Source: Octopus sinensis
Taxonomy: Eukaryota
Length of the DNA: 64,000 nucleotides
Direction of reading: 5' to 3'
Assembly: GCF_006345805.1 (NCBI RefSeq)
Contig: NC_043006.1
Location: 28,520,001-28,584,000 of the forward strand
This document shows positions 41,550-55,542 of this stretch, piece after piece. How positions within the stretch are numbered: position 1 is the stretch's first letter; each line of letters starts with the position of its first letter. The notes under the pieces were generated by a model, which was not told the DNA's origin, did not search any database, and saw nothing but the letters and a program-made list of their open reading frames with translations. Both the position numbers and the translations under genes were made by a program.

Positions 41550-43794
41550 GTAAATAATCATTAATTATAAAACCAACAATTATTTCCGGGTAGATTTCGG
41601 TATGGAAATATAACCATTATCGGTAGGAACTTTTTTAAAAAAGTTCTATATATATAAATATAAATAAAAGGGCAAGCAATAGGTTGCTTAGCCACATACC
41701 GAAAAATTAGAAATAGCAGTCAAAGACCGCTTATTTCTATTTTCTACAAATATAACTCCACATACAACATATACATGTGACTCACATATGTAAAAAGAAG
41801 GAAAAAAATAATGAAAACAAAGTCTAATTTTTCGGTATGTGGCTAAGCAACCTGTTGCTTGCCCTTTTATATATATATATATATATATATATAAAAGTCT
41901 GGTAATGTTTTGTAAATACAAGGAATACAGTTCTAATATCTGTCAAATGTAAACAATGTAATACAAGGAATATAGTTTTATTCATCAAAGTATGCACATA
42001 TATTGTCAATACACTCTTGCCATTTCAGTAGTAGCTTGTCCAGCCTGGAACTGTAAAAGCCTGGCAATCTAGAGTCAATAAAATCTTAGAAGCCTTGTTT
42101 TACAGCATTGTCAGGATTAAATTTTTTTCCTATCAAAAAGTTATCCAAATTTTGGAAGAAGTTGTAGTCAGTAGGGGCAAGATCAGGCGAGTATGGTGGA
42201 TGATGGAAAACTTCCAACTCCAACACCTGTAGTTTTGCCACTGTCATTTTTGTGATGTGTGGTCTGGTGTTGTCTTGCAATAAAATAGGAGTGGACCTGT
42301 TGACTAATCTAGGTTGTTTATTTTGCTTTTTGTAAGTTTTTGCATCATTTGGTCCAGTTGGCCAGCAGTATACGTTGGCCATGATTGATGAGTCAGGTTT
42401 AATGAAACCATAGTGAATCACACCTTTGCCAGACCACCACACACACACACCATCAGCTTCTTTTGATGAATTTTGCTTTTTGGATTGTGTTTTGGTAGCT
42501 CATCTTTGTCCAGCTATTGTACTGAACGTTTACGGTTGTTGGATCTATTTCTCATCATGTTACAATTTGATTAAAAAATGATATATTTTTGTGAAGAGAA
42601 AGTAGCATAATGCAGGCTTCCAAACATTGCTGTTTCTGATTTTCATTGAGTTCATGTGGAACCTATTTATCCAAATCTTTCACTAACCGATTTGAACTAG
42701 GTGGGTCAATATTGTTTGCTTGCTAACACCAAACAACAACAATAATTCACAGGCACTTTGAGATGGACTCAACGGTGGCTATCAGTTCATCATTATCCAC
42801 CTTTGTTTCTAGTCGACCACGTTGCTCGTTTATGAGGCAAAAATTACAAGAATGAAATACTCCATTAATATTCTGAGCTGTCTGAGATGGTGTATTTCTC
42901 TGAACAGAGTCATCAGCTTCCTCTTGCTGGTTCAGACATCCACAGACTAGTTTCAGGTTATTTGCCCTTTATCAAATTGGAGTAGTCGAACCCAGCAGAT
43001 GACCTCCCATGTTTGAAGGTTGTAATGGCCTCTTGGAGATAATCAATGGCAGCATTTGTCCCACTTTTCTGGACTACCATGTTAGCTCAGTAATAACTAT
43101 TAATAGCCAGTACTGCTGCCATAGTCTCTCTTAGAGAGATTTTGAAATAATAATATTTCTATTTTTGAAAACCAGTGGATGTGTTCCACTGAATATATAT
43201 AAACCTTCAAACAGACAGTCAACAGCAACGCCTTCTGGGTTTGATTACTGCACATTGACAAAGGGAAAATAGCCTGAAACAAGTTTGTGGATGTCTGAAT
43301 CAGCATGGGGAAGCTGATGACCTCCCCTGTTAGACGGTTGCAATGGACACAGGTTGTGTGTCACATAGCTAGCTAGAGGCGATGGTCTCTTGAAGCTAAT
43401 CAACAGATGGTGTTTCGATGATGTCCCCTCACAGCTGCAGGCACATCTGCGATGTTTTTCTCAGTTTTGCTGGTTATGGGTCTCCTAGATTGTTTGTTAA
43501 TATTGACATTTTTTTTGACCATCTTGGAAACGTTTGAACTACTCATACACTCCTCTCCATACACTTTCTGCAACATTGCATAAGCCCCTGAGCAGGTATC
43601 GCCATGGCAACTTTCTCTGTCAAGGTCAATATGACGACCACATGCTACACACATTAAAACTTTGTGTGTATGCACAGCAGAGTTTACGGTCAAACTGTGC
43701 CAAGCATCTTCACTCTGCATGCTTTAACTTCATTACTGTGGCAACAGTCCGGATACTTATTGATCAGCCCTTGTATATATGCATTAATTACTTG

Positions 43795-43846
<52 letters not shown>

Positions 43847-45211
43847 TATATAAATAAGGATAAGATCGATATTTAAATACCGATCTTGCTAGTTGTCTCT
43901 TTGTCTTCTCTCCTGGTGCTGTATCAACATTTAATGTGATTTTAGAGTCAAGCTTTGACTGCTATTTCCAGCGTGGTGGTATTTCTTTGGTACCCTAAAT
44001 TATAATTTTATATATATATGCATGTATGTATTAAATTAATTATTTGCTCATAAGTCAGAAAGAAAGGCACACTTAATTTGAGAAATATTGCAGTTAGATT
44101 TTTAATCTGTTGAGCAGTATATTACTGGTCATGGCATATAACAGACCATAATGTCTGAAAAGTTGCGAATATTGTCAAGTGCAAAGTCAGCACGACACAA
44201 ATGACGACATGTTGACAACTCATTGTAAGACATGGGTAGTAATATACTGTGCAACACTATCAATATATATCTATATATACATATATATATATGAATGTTT
44301 GTAGGTATATATCTCCCTTTTGGAATAGTGTATCATGAAGCACACACACAAAGCCACAAATAACAGTATCCAAATAATGGGCCGAACCTACCCCCCCACC
44401 AACTTTGATGGAAAAAGTCAAAGGTCTTTGATGTTTTCCATCAAAGATGTATTTTTTAGTTTAGTGTGAGCATGCTATTGGTTGTGGCTTTGTGTGTGTG
44501 CTTTGAGAGATGCTATTCCAAACAGGGATTATTCCATTTTCTCTTGAAAGATTATAGAGTTCTTGTGGTTTCAACAATATATACAGATATGTGTGTGTGT
44601 GTGTATATATATGATAGATAGATAGGAAAGGTAAAAAAGAGGGTAGAGAATAGGTGTCTGAAGCAATATTTATATATATATAAGTAGATAAATAACAAGA
44701 GAGAAATCAGCAACTGAATCAAAAGCAAAGATTTGAGAGCAACACACTGAAAAGTAAATTCTATGAAAATCAAATGGAAAAGTGAGGCAAGGTAAAAGAA
44801 AAAGAACTGTTGCTTAAGAAGTGAATAAACCAAAGTTGGATTACACAAAAAAGGAAGAAATAATTACCTGAGAAAGAATTTAGCAGAATAACAAGGAAAT
44901 TAGAAAAGGAGGTTTTTTTTTTGTTTTAAATTTCATAAAAGAGAGGGGTTTGGATTACAGTATGAAGCATGTAACTAAACTTAATTCAATGTTATATATT
45001 TAATGATTTCTGTTATTGATTTGTGGTGACACTGTCTTCAGTGTTTAATTCATTTATATAGGTATTGGGATTTATTTTAATATATCTTGTAAGGTCTCAG
45101 GTTCATTATCTTGGGCAAGTGTTTTCCACTGTGGCTTCAGGTTGACGAAAGTCTTGTGAGAGAATTTGGTAGATGGAAATTAAAGAAGCTCATCATATAT
45201 ACATTCATACA

Positions 45212-45243
<32 letters not shown>

Positions 45244-48200
45244 AGCCCTCTGTAGGTTACGATAATAAGGGTTGCAGTTGGTTCAATCAACAGACCACCC
45301 TGCAAATGGCTGAGCACTCTACAGATGTGTACACTTAACATGGCTTTCTGGGAGATTCAGCATGACACAGAATGTGACAAGGCTGGCCCCATATGAATTA
45401 CAGGTACTACTCATTTTTGCTAGCTAAGTGAACTTGAGCAATGTGAAATAAAGTGTCGTGCTGAAGGATAAAAAGCACTGTCAGAAATGGAACTTACAAC
45501 CTTATGACCGTGAGATGAATATCCTAGCGACTAAGCCATGCATCTTCATGTTACCGTGTGTAAATATCTTTGTCTTGACATCATGTAATGGTTGCAAATG
45601 AGTATCACTGCTATACAAGCAATGTTCATTTCCAGACTTCCATGAAAAATATATCTGGCTTTTAGAGTATGTTACCCTGCTTGGAAACAGGTGAAGGATG
45701 GCAACAGGAAAGGTACCCAGGCATAGAAAACCATCTCTCATGGAAGCGTCATCCAACCAAAGTACAAATATATGGGAAATTACCACCTGTATCATCTCTT
45801 GTGAAAGGTAAAAAAATCCAGTTTGCTGGACATTGTTGTAGAGCTGAAAACGAGGTAATTTCTACTTTTCTCCTCTGGAAGCCATCTGCTCGTGATACCA
45901 GAGGGCGCACACTCTCCTACCCTGATGTAATCTCCAGGGATACAGGCATCCAGCAACAGGACCGCCGTAATGCTATAATGGACTGTGAAGTCTGGCATAA
46001 CATAGTAAATTCCATTGTCTCGACTACGGTCGAACAATGATGAATGATGATGAGAAAACCTGCCTCAACAAATTCCATCTAACGCATGCAAGCATGGAAA
46101 AGTGGACTTTATATGATGATGATCACATAAAAACCATTGGTGATGGTGTCATGTACAAAGCACCTAGTACACTTTGTGGAATGGTTGGCATTAGAAAGGG
46201 CATCCAGCCTTTGAAACCAAGTCAAAACAGACTACGGAACCTGGTGTGACCCCTGGCCTTGTCAGTTCCTGTCAAGCCATCCAACTCATACATGAGGATG
46301 TTAAATGTTGTTGTTGATGGTGATATATATATATATATATATATATATCACTGTGATCACCGTGACTGACCAGGCTATCAGATGTTGCTACACATCGCTG
46401 GTCACAATGTGCTTCGCATTGTTTTCGTCTTCAAATGACGCCACCCCACTGGCTAAGTGAGCAGGCCAACAGAAGAAAGAGTGAGAGAAAGTTGTGGTGA
46501 AAGAGTACAGCAGGGATCGCCACCACCCCCTGCCAGAGCCTTGTGGAGCTCTAGGTGTTTTCACTCAATAAACACTCACAACACCCCGTCTGGGAATTGA
46601 AACCGCGATCCTACAACTGCGAGTCCGCTGCCCTAACCACTATGCCTCCACTATATATATATATATATATATATATAAAGAGAGAGAGAGGAAGAACCAA
46701 AGGATTTCTTCAAAATTCTTATAAATTCTCCCACAAGGTGCTGATCAACCAAAAGCTATCACTGAAGATCTGTGGGTCAAGTGGTGTTCAACGGGATCAA
46801 AACTAAATCTGTTTAGTTGTCACACTTCTTAAGCAGAAAGGTTTAATGAGAGGAAAATCTTACCAAAACCCATTTTTCAAGTTCTCAAATTATGGTGAGG
46901 AGGAAAAAACCTCAACTTTGGAGATGCTGCAGTTAGAATGAATGTAGCAAAATACTTGCAACTAAGTGTATTCTACAAAAGGTTCCAAAGGGTACCCAGG
47001 TGGTGCTGATGTTAAACTTCTTGACAGAATATATCTACCACCCAAACACAGAGACAGATCAGCTGTCAGGATTCCGCACAATTTCCATCAGCCAATTTCA
47101 CTCAAAATACTTGAGTTGATGTAAAACCACTGTAGAAGACATTTATTCATATCCGTATCACTAGGTATTAGAGTATATGATAACTGAATATCATCGCCAT
47201 CATCATTGTCATCATTATCATTGTTTTAACATCCACTTTTTCATGCTTGCATGGGTTGGATGGAATTTGTTGAGGGAGATTTTATATAGCTGGATGCTCT
47301 TCCTATCATTTAACCCATACCTGTTTCCAGGCAAGGTAATATTCTCCCATGGCCAGACATGTTTCCCACAGAAGATTGGAAATGAAACAACATTACATGC
47401 ATGACGGTACTACTTGTTTACAGCCATCATGTGATGTCAAGAGAAGGGTCCACATAAACACACATACATGTTATTTGTTATGCAGATGAATGTAGATAGC
47501 TCCATAAAGAAGTGCTGATCACTCAAATTGGATGGAACTTGTGAAAGAGGGAGACCCATGAAGACATGGAACGAAGTACTGAAGGATAATCTCAGGACAC
47601 AGAATCTTACTGAGATGACAAAGGGTATCAGGCACCTTGCTCTATTCAAGAAGACATGACCTGATGAAGAGGATTGGCCTGCAAGAGCTCTGTGCCAGTG
47701 CCATGTAAAAAGCACCTATACCTATTTCTTTATTGCCCATAGAGGGGACAAACAAGGACAGACAAAGGGATTAAGTCGATTATATCAACCCCAGTGCGTA
47801 ATTGGTACATATTTAATCGACCCCGAAAGGATGAAAGGCAAAGTCGACCGTGGCGGAATTTGAACTAAGAATGTAGCGGCAGACGAAATACCTATTTCTT
47901 TACTGTCCACAAGGGGCTACACACAGAGGCGACAAACAAGGACAGACAAAGGGATTAAATCGATTACATAAACTCCAGTGCGTAACTGGTACTTATTTAA
48001 TCAACCCCGAAAGGATGAAAGGCAAAGTCAACCTTGGCGGAATTTGAACTCAGAACGTAGCAACAGATGAAATACCGCTAAGCATTTCGCCCAGCGTGCT
48101 AACATTTCTGCCAGCTCACCACCTTAAAAGCACCTGTACCAGCACCAAGTAAAAAGTACCTGTGCTGGTTCCATGTAATAGCACCCATGCAGGCACTCAT

Positions 48201-50467
48201 ACCAAATAGTGCAACATAGACAATACCCAGCATACTCTGTAAAGTGGTTGGCATTAGGAAGGGCATCCAGCAGAAGAAGCCAAACCAAATCAGACTGGAA
48301 TCTCATACAGTTCTCCTACTTGTCAGTTCTGGTCAAGCTGTCCAACCCATGACAACATAAAAAAGGGTCATTAAAGGATGAGGATGATATGGTAGAATCT
48401 CCCGTGGAAGACGATGTATGAGTGTTTAGCTTTTTCCAAACAACCTGCACAAATGATTTGTTTATAGTGATCAAATATTCGTGCTGCATGTTAGCTACCT
48501 CTCTCCACCAAATCGATGTTGTCTGAACAGGGGCACAGTACACCATGAGTCAGGTGTCAAAGTTATTGGAGAACAACATGAGATGAAGTGTTTTGCTCAA
48601 GAACACAATGCACCATCCAGTCTAGGAATTGAAATCAAGATCTCGCGATCGTGAGTCCAACACCCTAACCACTAAGCCATGTGCCCTCATATATACATGA
48701 GAGGCTTTCAGTTTCCGTCAAAGAAATCCACTCTCAAAGCTTTTATCAGTCTTGGGCTATAGAAGAAGACATTTGCCTAAGATGTCACACAGTAGCACTG
48801 AATCCAACATCATGTGGCTGGGAAGCAAGATTCTTCATGACAGCAGTTTTTGATGGGTTTTATAGCATTTGTAATTCTTTGGGGAACTTATGCTTAGCAC
48901 TGCAAATGGATTAAATAACTCCAGCTACTTACATCATCATCATCATTTAATGTCCACTTTTCCATGCTTGCATGGGTCAGACAGAATTTGTTGAGGCAGA
49001 TTTTCTTTCTGTTACCAATCCACCCTGTTTCCAAGTAAGGTAAGATTCCCTATGTTTAGATGTGTTTTTCTCAGAAGATTGGAGATGAGGGATGTCACTT
49101 GCATGATGGTGACATATATTTACAACCATCACAGGAAATCAAGGTGAGGAGAAACTAACATGCAAACACACACACACACACACATGTACAAAGGGCTTTT
49201 TTCAGTTTTTGTCAACCAAATCCACTCAAAAAGCTTTAGACAGACTAAGGTTTATAGTAGAAGACACCCTCCCAAGGTGTCACACAAGGAAGTTGAACCT
49301 GAAACCACGTGGTTTGGAAGTAAACTTTTTACCACACATCCATGCCTGCACCTTTATAGTTTAAAATCTACTGAGTAAGGGGAAGTCTTTTTTATATTTT
49401 TTTGCTTTTACTTGTTTCAATTATTTGATTGTTGCTATACTGGTGCACTGCTTTGAAGGGTTTTAGTCAAACAAATTAACCCCAGGACTTATTTTTTAAG
49501 CCCAGAACTTATTCTATCGGTCTCTTTTGCTGAATCGCTAAGTTATGGGGATGTAAACACACCAACAACAGCTATCAAGCAGTGAAGGGTGGGGTCAAAC
49601 ACAGACACATAAATATATATAACTTATAAATAAGAGCAAACGAAAAAATTTCTAATGCCAAATATGCCGAAAATTGGATATATTGTCCATTACCATATAA
49701 TTTTTTACAATACGCATGCTACTCGAAAAAAAAGCCGACAGAAATTTCTTAAAAATTCCATTATTACCATATCGGACCGATTTCAGGGTTAGTTCGTGAG
49801 AACCCTGAAATCGGTCCGATATGGTAATAATGGAATTTTTTAGAAATTTCTGTCGGCTTTTTTTTTTTTTTTTTCGAGTAGCATGCGTATTGTGAAAAAT
49901 TATATGGTAATGGACAATATGTCCAATTTTCGGCATATTTGGCATTAGAAATTTTTTCGTTTGCCCTTATTTATAAGTTGTTTATAATTTTAACCTTTAA
50001 AGGTATTTTTTAATATGCTGGCCATTGATAAAATTTTTTTCAAAAAAAATTTTATCCTACATTAAATATAAACATATATATATATATATATATTATATAT
50101 ATAATATATATATATAAGTTCAGCAAAATTTAGATTCAGATGAATATGGTTAAAGGCACCAGAATTTTGTATGGTATTATCCATATAAATCAAATGGGGT
50201 GATAAAAATCCAAATAAGCAACAAGGATATCCAAGGTAGTGTAGTACAATTGTTTCATACCACTTCATATATCTATCCTCTTTGTAATGTTGGCAAATGA
50301 AATAAGTATAAGAATGTGCATTGTCCGTTTAATTGAAAAATTCTATATGTGGCTGAAGATTGCTCAACATTTTAAAACTGATGTAATACTTACAGTGTTT
50401 AATAAAATGAGGTGGCATGAAACAATTGTACTACACTACCTTGGATATCCTTTTTATTTATTTGGAT

Positions 50468-50552
<85 letters not shown>

Positions 50553-50865
50553 TATATATATGACAGGCTTCTTTCAGTTTTTGTCTACCAAATCTACTCA
50601 CAAGGCTTTGGTCACTAAGTCTTGATGATCCACACTGTCATGATTATTTCTTGATTGTGTACCAAAGTGAAAAAGAAAAACCCCAGAATTTTTAGAAATT
50701 TTAAACAAAGAGCGTGTGAAGCAACAGTGCAGAGCTGCAATAATGGCAAAGAAGAAAACAGGTCTGAAAAGTAGGCAGCCCATTTTACCACTGACAAGTT
50801 GGGGTGAGCCAAGGTAAAGGGGTTGAGAGAAATGGAAAGGAATAAGATAGAAACAAAGAGAGATG

Positions 50866-50905
<40 letters not shown>

Positions 50906-51018
50906 CAGACAGAGGTAGACAGATGGGTAGCTACAAAGATAGGGAGAAAGAGATGGACAGATGGGTGGAAAGAGGGATAGATATATAGGTAGGTAGGTAG
51001 ATAAATAGATAGATAGAT

Positions 51019-51095
<77 letters not shown>

Positions 51096-54000
51096 CTAAT
51101 AGATAAACTAATAGATAAAAAGCTAGATAAATACATAGGTAGATGAATAGAGATAGGGAGAGAGATGGAGAAACAGCAACCATCTATCTAGCTGCCTATC
51201 AATTCAGCTAGCTAGCTAGCTAGCAAGACTGATAGATCAAGCAATAGATAGGTAGTAGACAGACAGATAGCTGGCTAGACACTAGATAGATGTAATTAGG
51301 CAACACCTAAACCAATATGGTGAGGGAAAAAACCAAAACACTCACTTTTGAATTAAAATACTGCAATGGAGAAAAACAAGAAAAGTAAAATCATTAATAA
51401 AATGGATGAATGTTCCTTTGTTTACAGTAATATTAATACAAATAGCATTAAAGAATGGCTAGAAAACATACATAAAAGTGTAGTGGTGATGGTGGTGGGG
51501 TGGAGAGATAGTGATGTTATGACAGTGGCAATGATGGTGGTAGTGATAACAGCAGTGATGGTGTTGAGGGCTGTGATGGTGATAATGAAAGTGGTAGAGA
51601 TGACTGTTGTGATGGTTATGGTGGTGGTGTGTATGATGGTAGTGGTTATGGTGGTGGTTGTGGTGATGGTTATGATGATGGTGGTTGTGATTATATGATG
51701 GTGGTGATTTTGAGAATGAAACAACAACAGCCTTAACACGATGCTGCCAGTTTTTTAGCATTACCTTTTCATGCTGCCGAAGACTGGGTCTTTATAGGCA
51801 GACTTGTAGTTTCATTGTTTACATTAGCATCAGCAGGACAGACACAACTTCGCATTTCACTTGCTTTACCACCCCCACCCCCGACCTTCTTGAACATCTT
51901 CATCTTGATCCAATATGTCTCCAGTCTGCGGATACCTTCACCCCTCTCTTCTATCAGTGATGGAGGTTCTGTAAAGTGTCATGGGCACTGCTCTCCCTTC
52001 CACCAATATTGTTGTCCCTGTAAAATGTTATGCATGCTGACCTCCATCCTACTTGTGTGAAAACGAGCATAGGCATGGATTGAATGCAAGACTACATAAT
52101 TGCAAAGCAAAAATTTTAACCTTATAGCTAAATCTATGTTCAACATCATGGGTGGAAAAAAATGGTCCAACCCATGGAAGACAACCATAACCATAATTAA
52201 AAGAAAGACCTCCTTCGGTTATGAATGACCATGGGACTGCAACTAGAAAGTTACTCTCCAAGGCACAAATCTGGGCATGGTTATTTATGGAAGACCAGCG
52301 GTTGCCCATGTATACCAACCTTCTCTCTCCATGCCACCAATGTTATCCAAGGAAAAAGCAAAGGCCAATACAGCTTGACATCAGTGATGCTGCAACTCAT
52401 TTCTACAGCTGAGTGAACTGGGGCAATGTGAAATAAAGTGTCTTACTCAAGGACAACACATAGCCCAGTCTAGGAATCAAACCCACTACCTTATGATTGT
52501 GAACCCAACGCTCTAACCACTGAGTCATGTGCCTTCATAACCATAATTACTATCATCGTTATCATTATCATCACCATCATCATTACTTCATCATCATCAT
52601 CAACACTATCATTATGACCATCATCAATTCCACCTTCATCATCATGATATTCATCACTACCATTATTGTCATCATCGTCATCAATACCATCACCACCATC
52701 ATAATAATCAATACCATCGTTTTCATTGTTGTCATCCAGCGCATTGTTTCTATTATCACCATCAATGTCTATCTTTAATACAAAAAAAATCAGTTTGAAT
52801 CATGTTTGCTTGCAATGTTACTCAGCCAAACTGGCACATAATGGGAAAATACTTTGAATTACCCTGAAATGTTAATACGAACGGTATGAAACAAGTTTTG
52901 CGTAAATTGGTAAAGTGGTTTTCGAGATATTAGAGATTTTGGGGGTATAAATACCCAAAATGGTGCATAATGGGAAATTTTCTGCATATAATCTTCATCC
53001 TGAAAGAGAAGTAACTCTTATCTTTCTATTAGACAGTGAGTCGACAACCAAAAATACGATTTTTTTTACAGCAAATGTTTCTATTTTTGCTTTTGTTAAA
53101 CACAATATTTTAATCATTTAGAAATATTTCAAAAATATAAGTTGCTTGTAGAGTAAGTATTTATATTTTAGCTTCCTTTAAACAGATGATATTTTGATTT
53201 TTAAAAAATTATTTTCAAGTGAATACCATTTCTTTGGCATATTTAAAAAATATTCTAAAGTGAAAATGACTTTAAAAATAAGGTAAAAATTTCATAAATG
53301 TGTAGTCTAGTTATTAATAATTTTTTTATGTTTATTATCCAATATTTGGATATACCTGTAATACAGTATGTGATTTCTCATTCATTATTTCATGGGAATG
53401 ATGTAGAAAGCAAAGAAACCCAGTGATATCTCATTTCTGATAGAACTGACTCCACAGAATATGCTGACATTTGTCTGCTTAAAAATGAACATCTGAAAAT
53501 AATGGTTATTGGCATCTTTGTCATTGTTGCTGCAGCGGCAGTAGTGTAGTGATTCTTGCAGACATTAGTGTTCTTAAAGGATACAAAGTAACAAATGAGA
53601 AGTCACATGCTTAATTACAGATTTGTTTAAATACTGAATAATGAATATTAAAACAATCTTAAAAACAGTGTTAATTATAAAGACGGTGATAACAGAAAAC
53701 AAGCTGGAGAGTGATGATGATGGGGAATAATTATGGGGTGATGATGATAATGATGGCAATTTTACAATTAGACACTGTATAATAAGAACAGGGAAATAAA
53801 AAAAAAAACAGAAATAATAATTGCTTATTTGGTATTCCTGTTTGATGTGGGGCAGGTTTGGGAACATGAAAAATTATTAAAGGTGTCCTTACTTTGGAGG
53901 TAGTACTGTATATCCACCAACATAGAACTCGTTTACTGACAGCCTGTTCATATTTCCAGGAGAATTCCCAGTATAAACTGAAAAAAGATGGACATTTCGG

Positions 54001-54779
54001 TTATAACACTTTTGATAACCTGCCTGAAACCACTCCTGATTCTGTGATTTCCTGTTTTAGAAGTGAACTAAATTAAAATCTGTCATCAAAAATTCTACGT
54101 TAATTTATGTTCCAAACATCAGCTTAATGGTGACAAAGTTATTTTACTAAATTCTTCATTATTTTAAAATAAATTGAAATAAAGGCAGTGTATTTTAGAA
54201 ATGTGTTAATAAAAAGGTTAAAGCGATCACGCCAACATGAAAAAAGATCTTAAATGATAATGATGATCATGGTGTGTGTGTGTGTGTGTGTGTGTATCAT
54301 CATTCTTGATGATATGTACGTATGTATGTATCTTCATTAGTAGTTCATATATCCGAAAAAGAAGCACACTCTAAAACATTATGGCTAGTCATAAAATGAC
54401 CATTGGTTTTGCATCTATAAAGTGCTTAGCAGTATAGGTGACTCACCAAACTCAAATGGCTGAAGGCGCATATAAGGGTGCATGGCCTAGTGGTTAAGGT
54501 GTTGCACTTGCAATCATGAAATTGTGGTTTCAATTCCTAGACTGGTCGGTGTGTTGTGTTCTTGAGCAAAACACTTCATCTCATGTTGCTTTGTGATCAC
54601 TTTGACACCTGACATATGGCACAACATGTTCAGGCAATGTCAATCTGATGGAGGGATTGAGCTAATGTGCAGCATAAATATTTGATCACAAAAAACAATC
54701 ATCTGTATAGCTTGATCAAAAGAAATTGCAGAATCCTCATCCATTATCTTAAGACAGGAGAATCCACAACAATATATAT

Positions 54780-54824
<45 letters not shown>

Positions 54825-55095
54825 TATATATAAAAACGGTATGGACGATTTGTTTTGGAGTCTCGCAATACCATGTACGACTATGAGGATTTACTTTCCC
54901 AATGATACTCGGTTTTTTTCTCAAACTTTTTCTCAAACCTGTTATAATGTGATACATGTCTTTGGTGTGGTAATTGTACGCGGCTGAAGAAGGCTCTTGA
55001 TCCACCTGTTATATCAATTATGCATTGATATAAGTTGTTCAATAAAGCCCGAAACATATGTATCGCAAAATCCTTTGCATCCTGTTTTTCTTTTG

Positions 55096-55126
<31 letters not shown>

Positions 55127-55473
55127 TCTGTAAATGTAATATGTGACAATTATTCTGTAGCCATGATAAAACTCCGAGTTTCGGATGCTGAGGTGGAAAT
55201 CCATGCTGCCATCTCTTCAGTTATCTGACCATTGGAAAAACGCTATGAAAAATTACCATTATACAAAGGGAAATTACTGTGTGATTGACCGTTATTAAGA
55301 CAAAAGAGCTATTCGAATGACCGCTAAGTAAGGGAGTAAAAAGTTCATAGTATTCGCATAAGTGCGCCTGTTCATGCCTACACATTTACAGATTAATTCC
55401 TCTATTTACATAATATCTAGGTCTCTTTCTTTCTTTTGTTATATTACCGTTTTTATCAATAAATATATATATG

Positions 55474-55542
<69 letters not shown>

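Noticed and set aside
46990-47070. LCLGGRY frame considered as an LG2 exon
   Set aside because: No splice sites and an upstream stop; the real exon was found at 53893-53977.
50615-52778. Leu/Ser-, Met/Val- and His/Thr-rich ORFs
   Set aside because: (GATA)n, (GAT/GGT)n and (CAT)n simple repeats; no domain signal or splice context.
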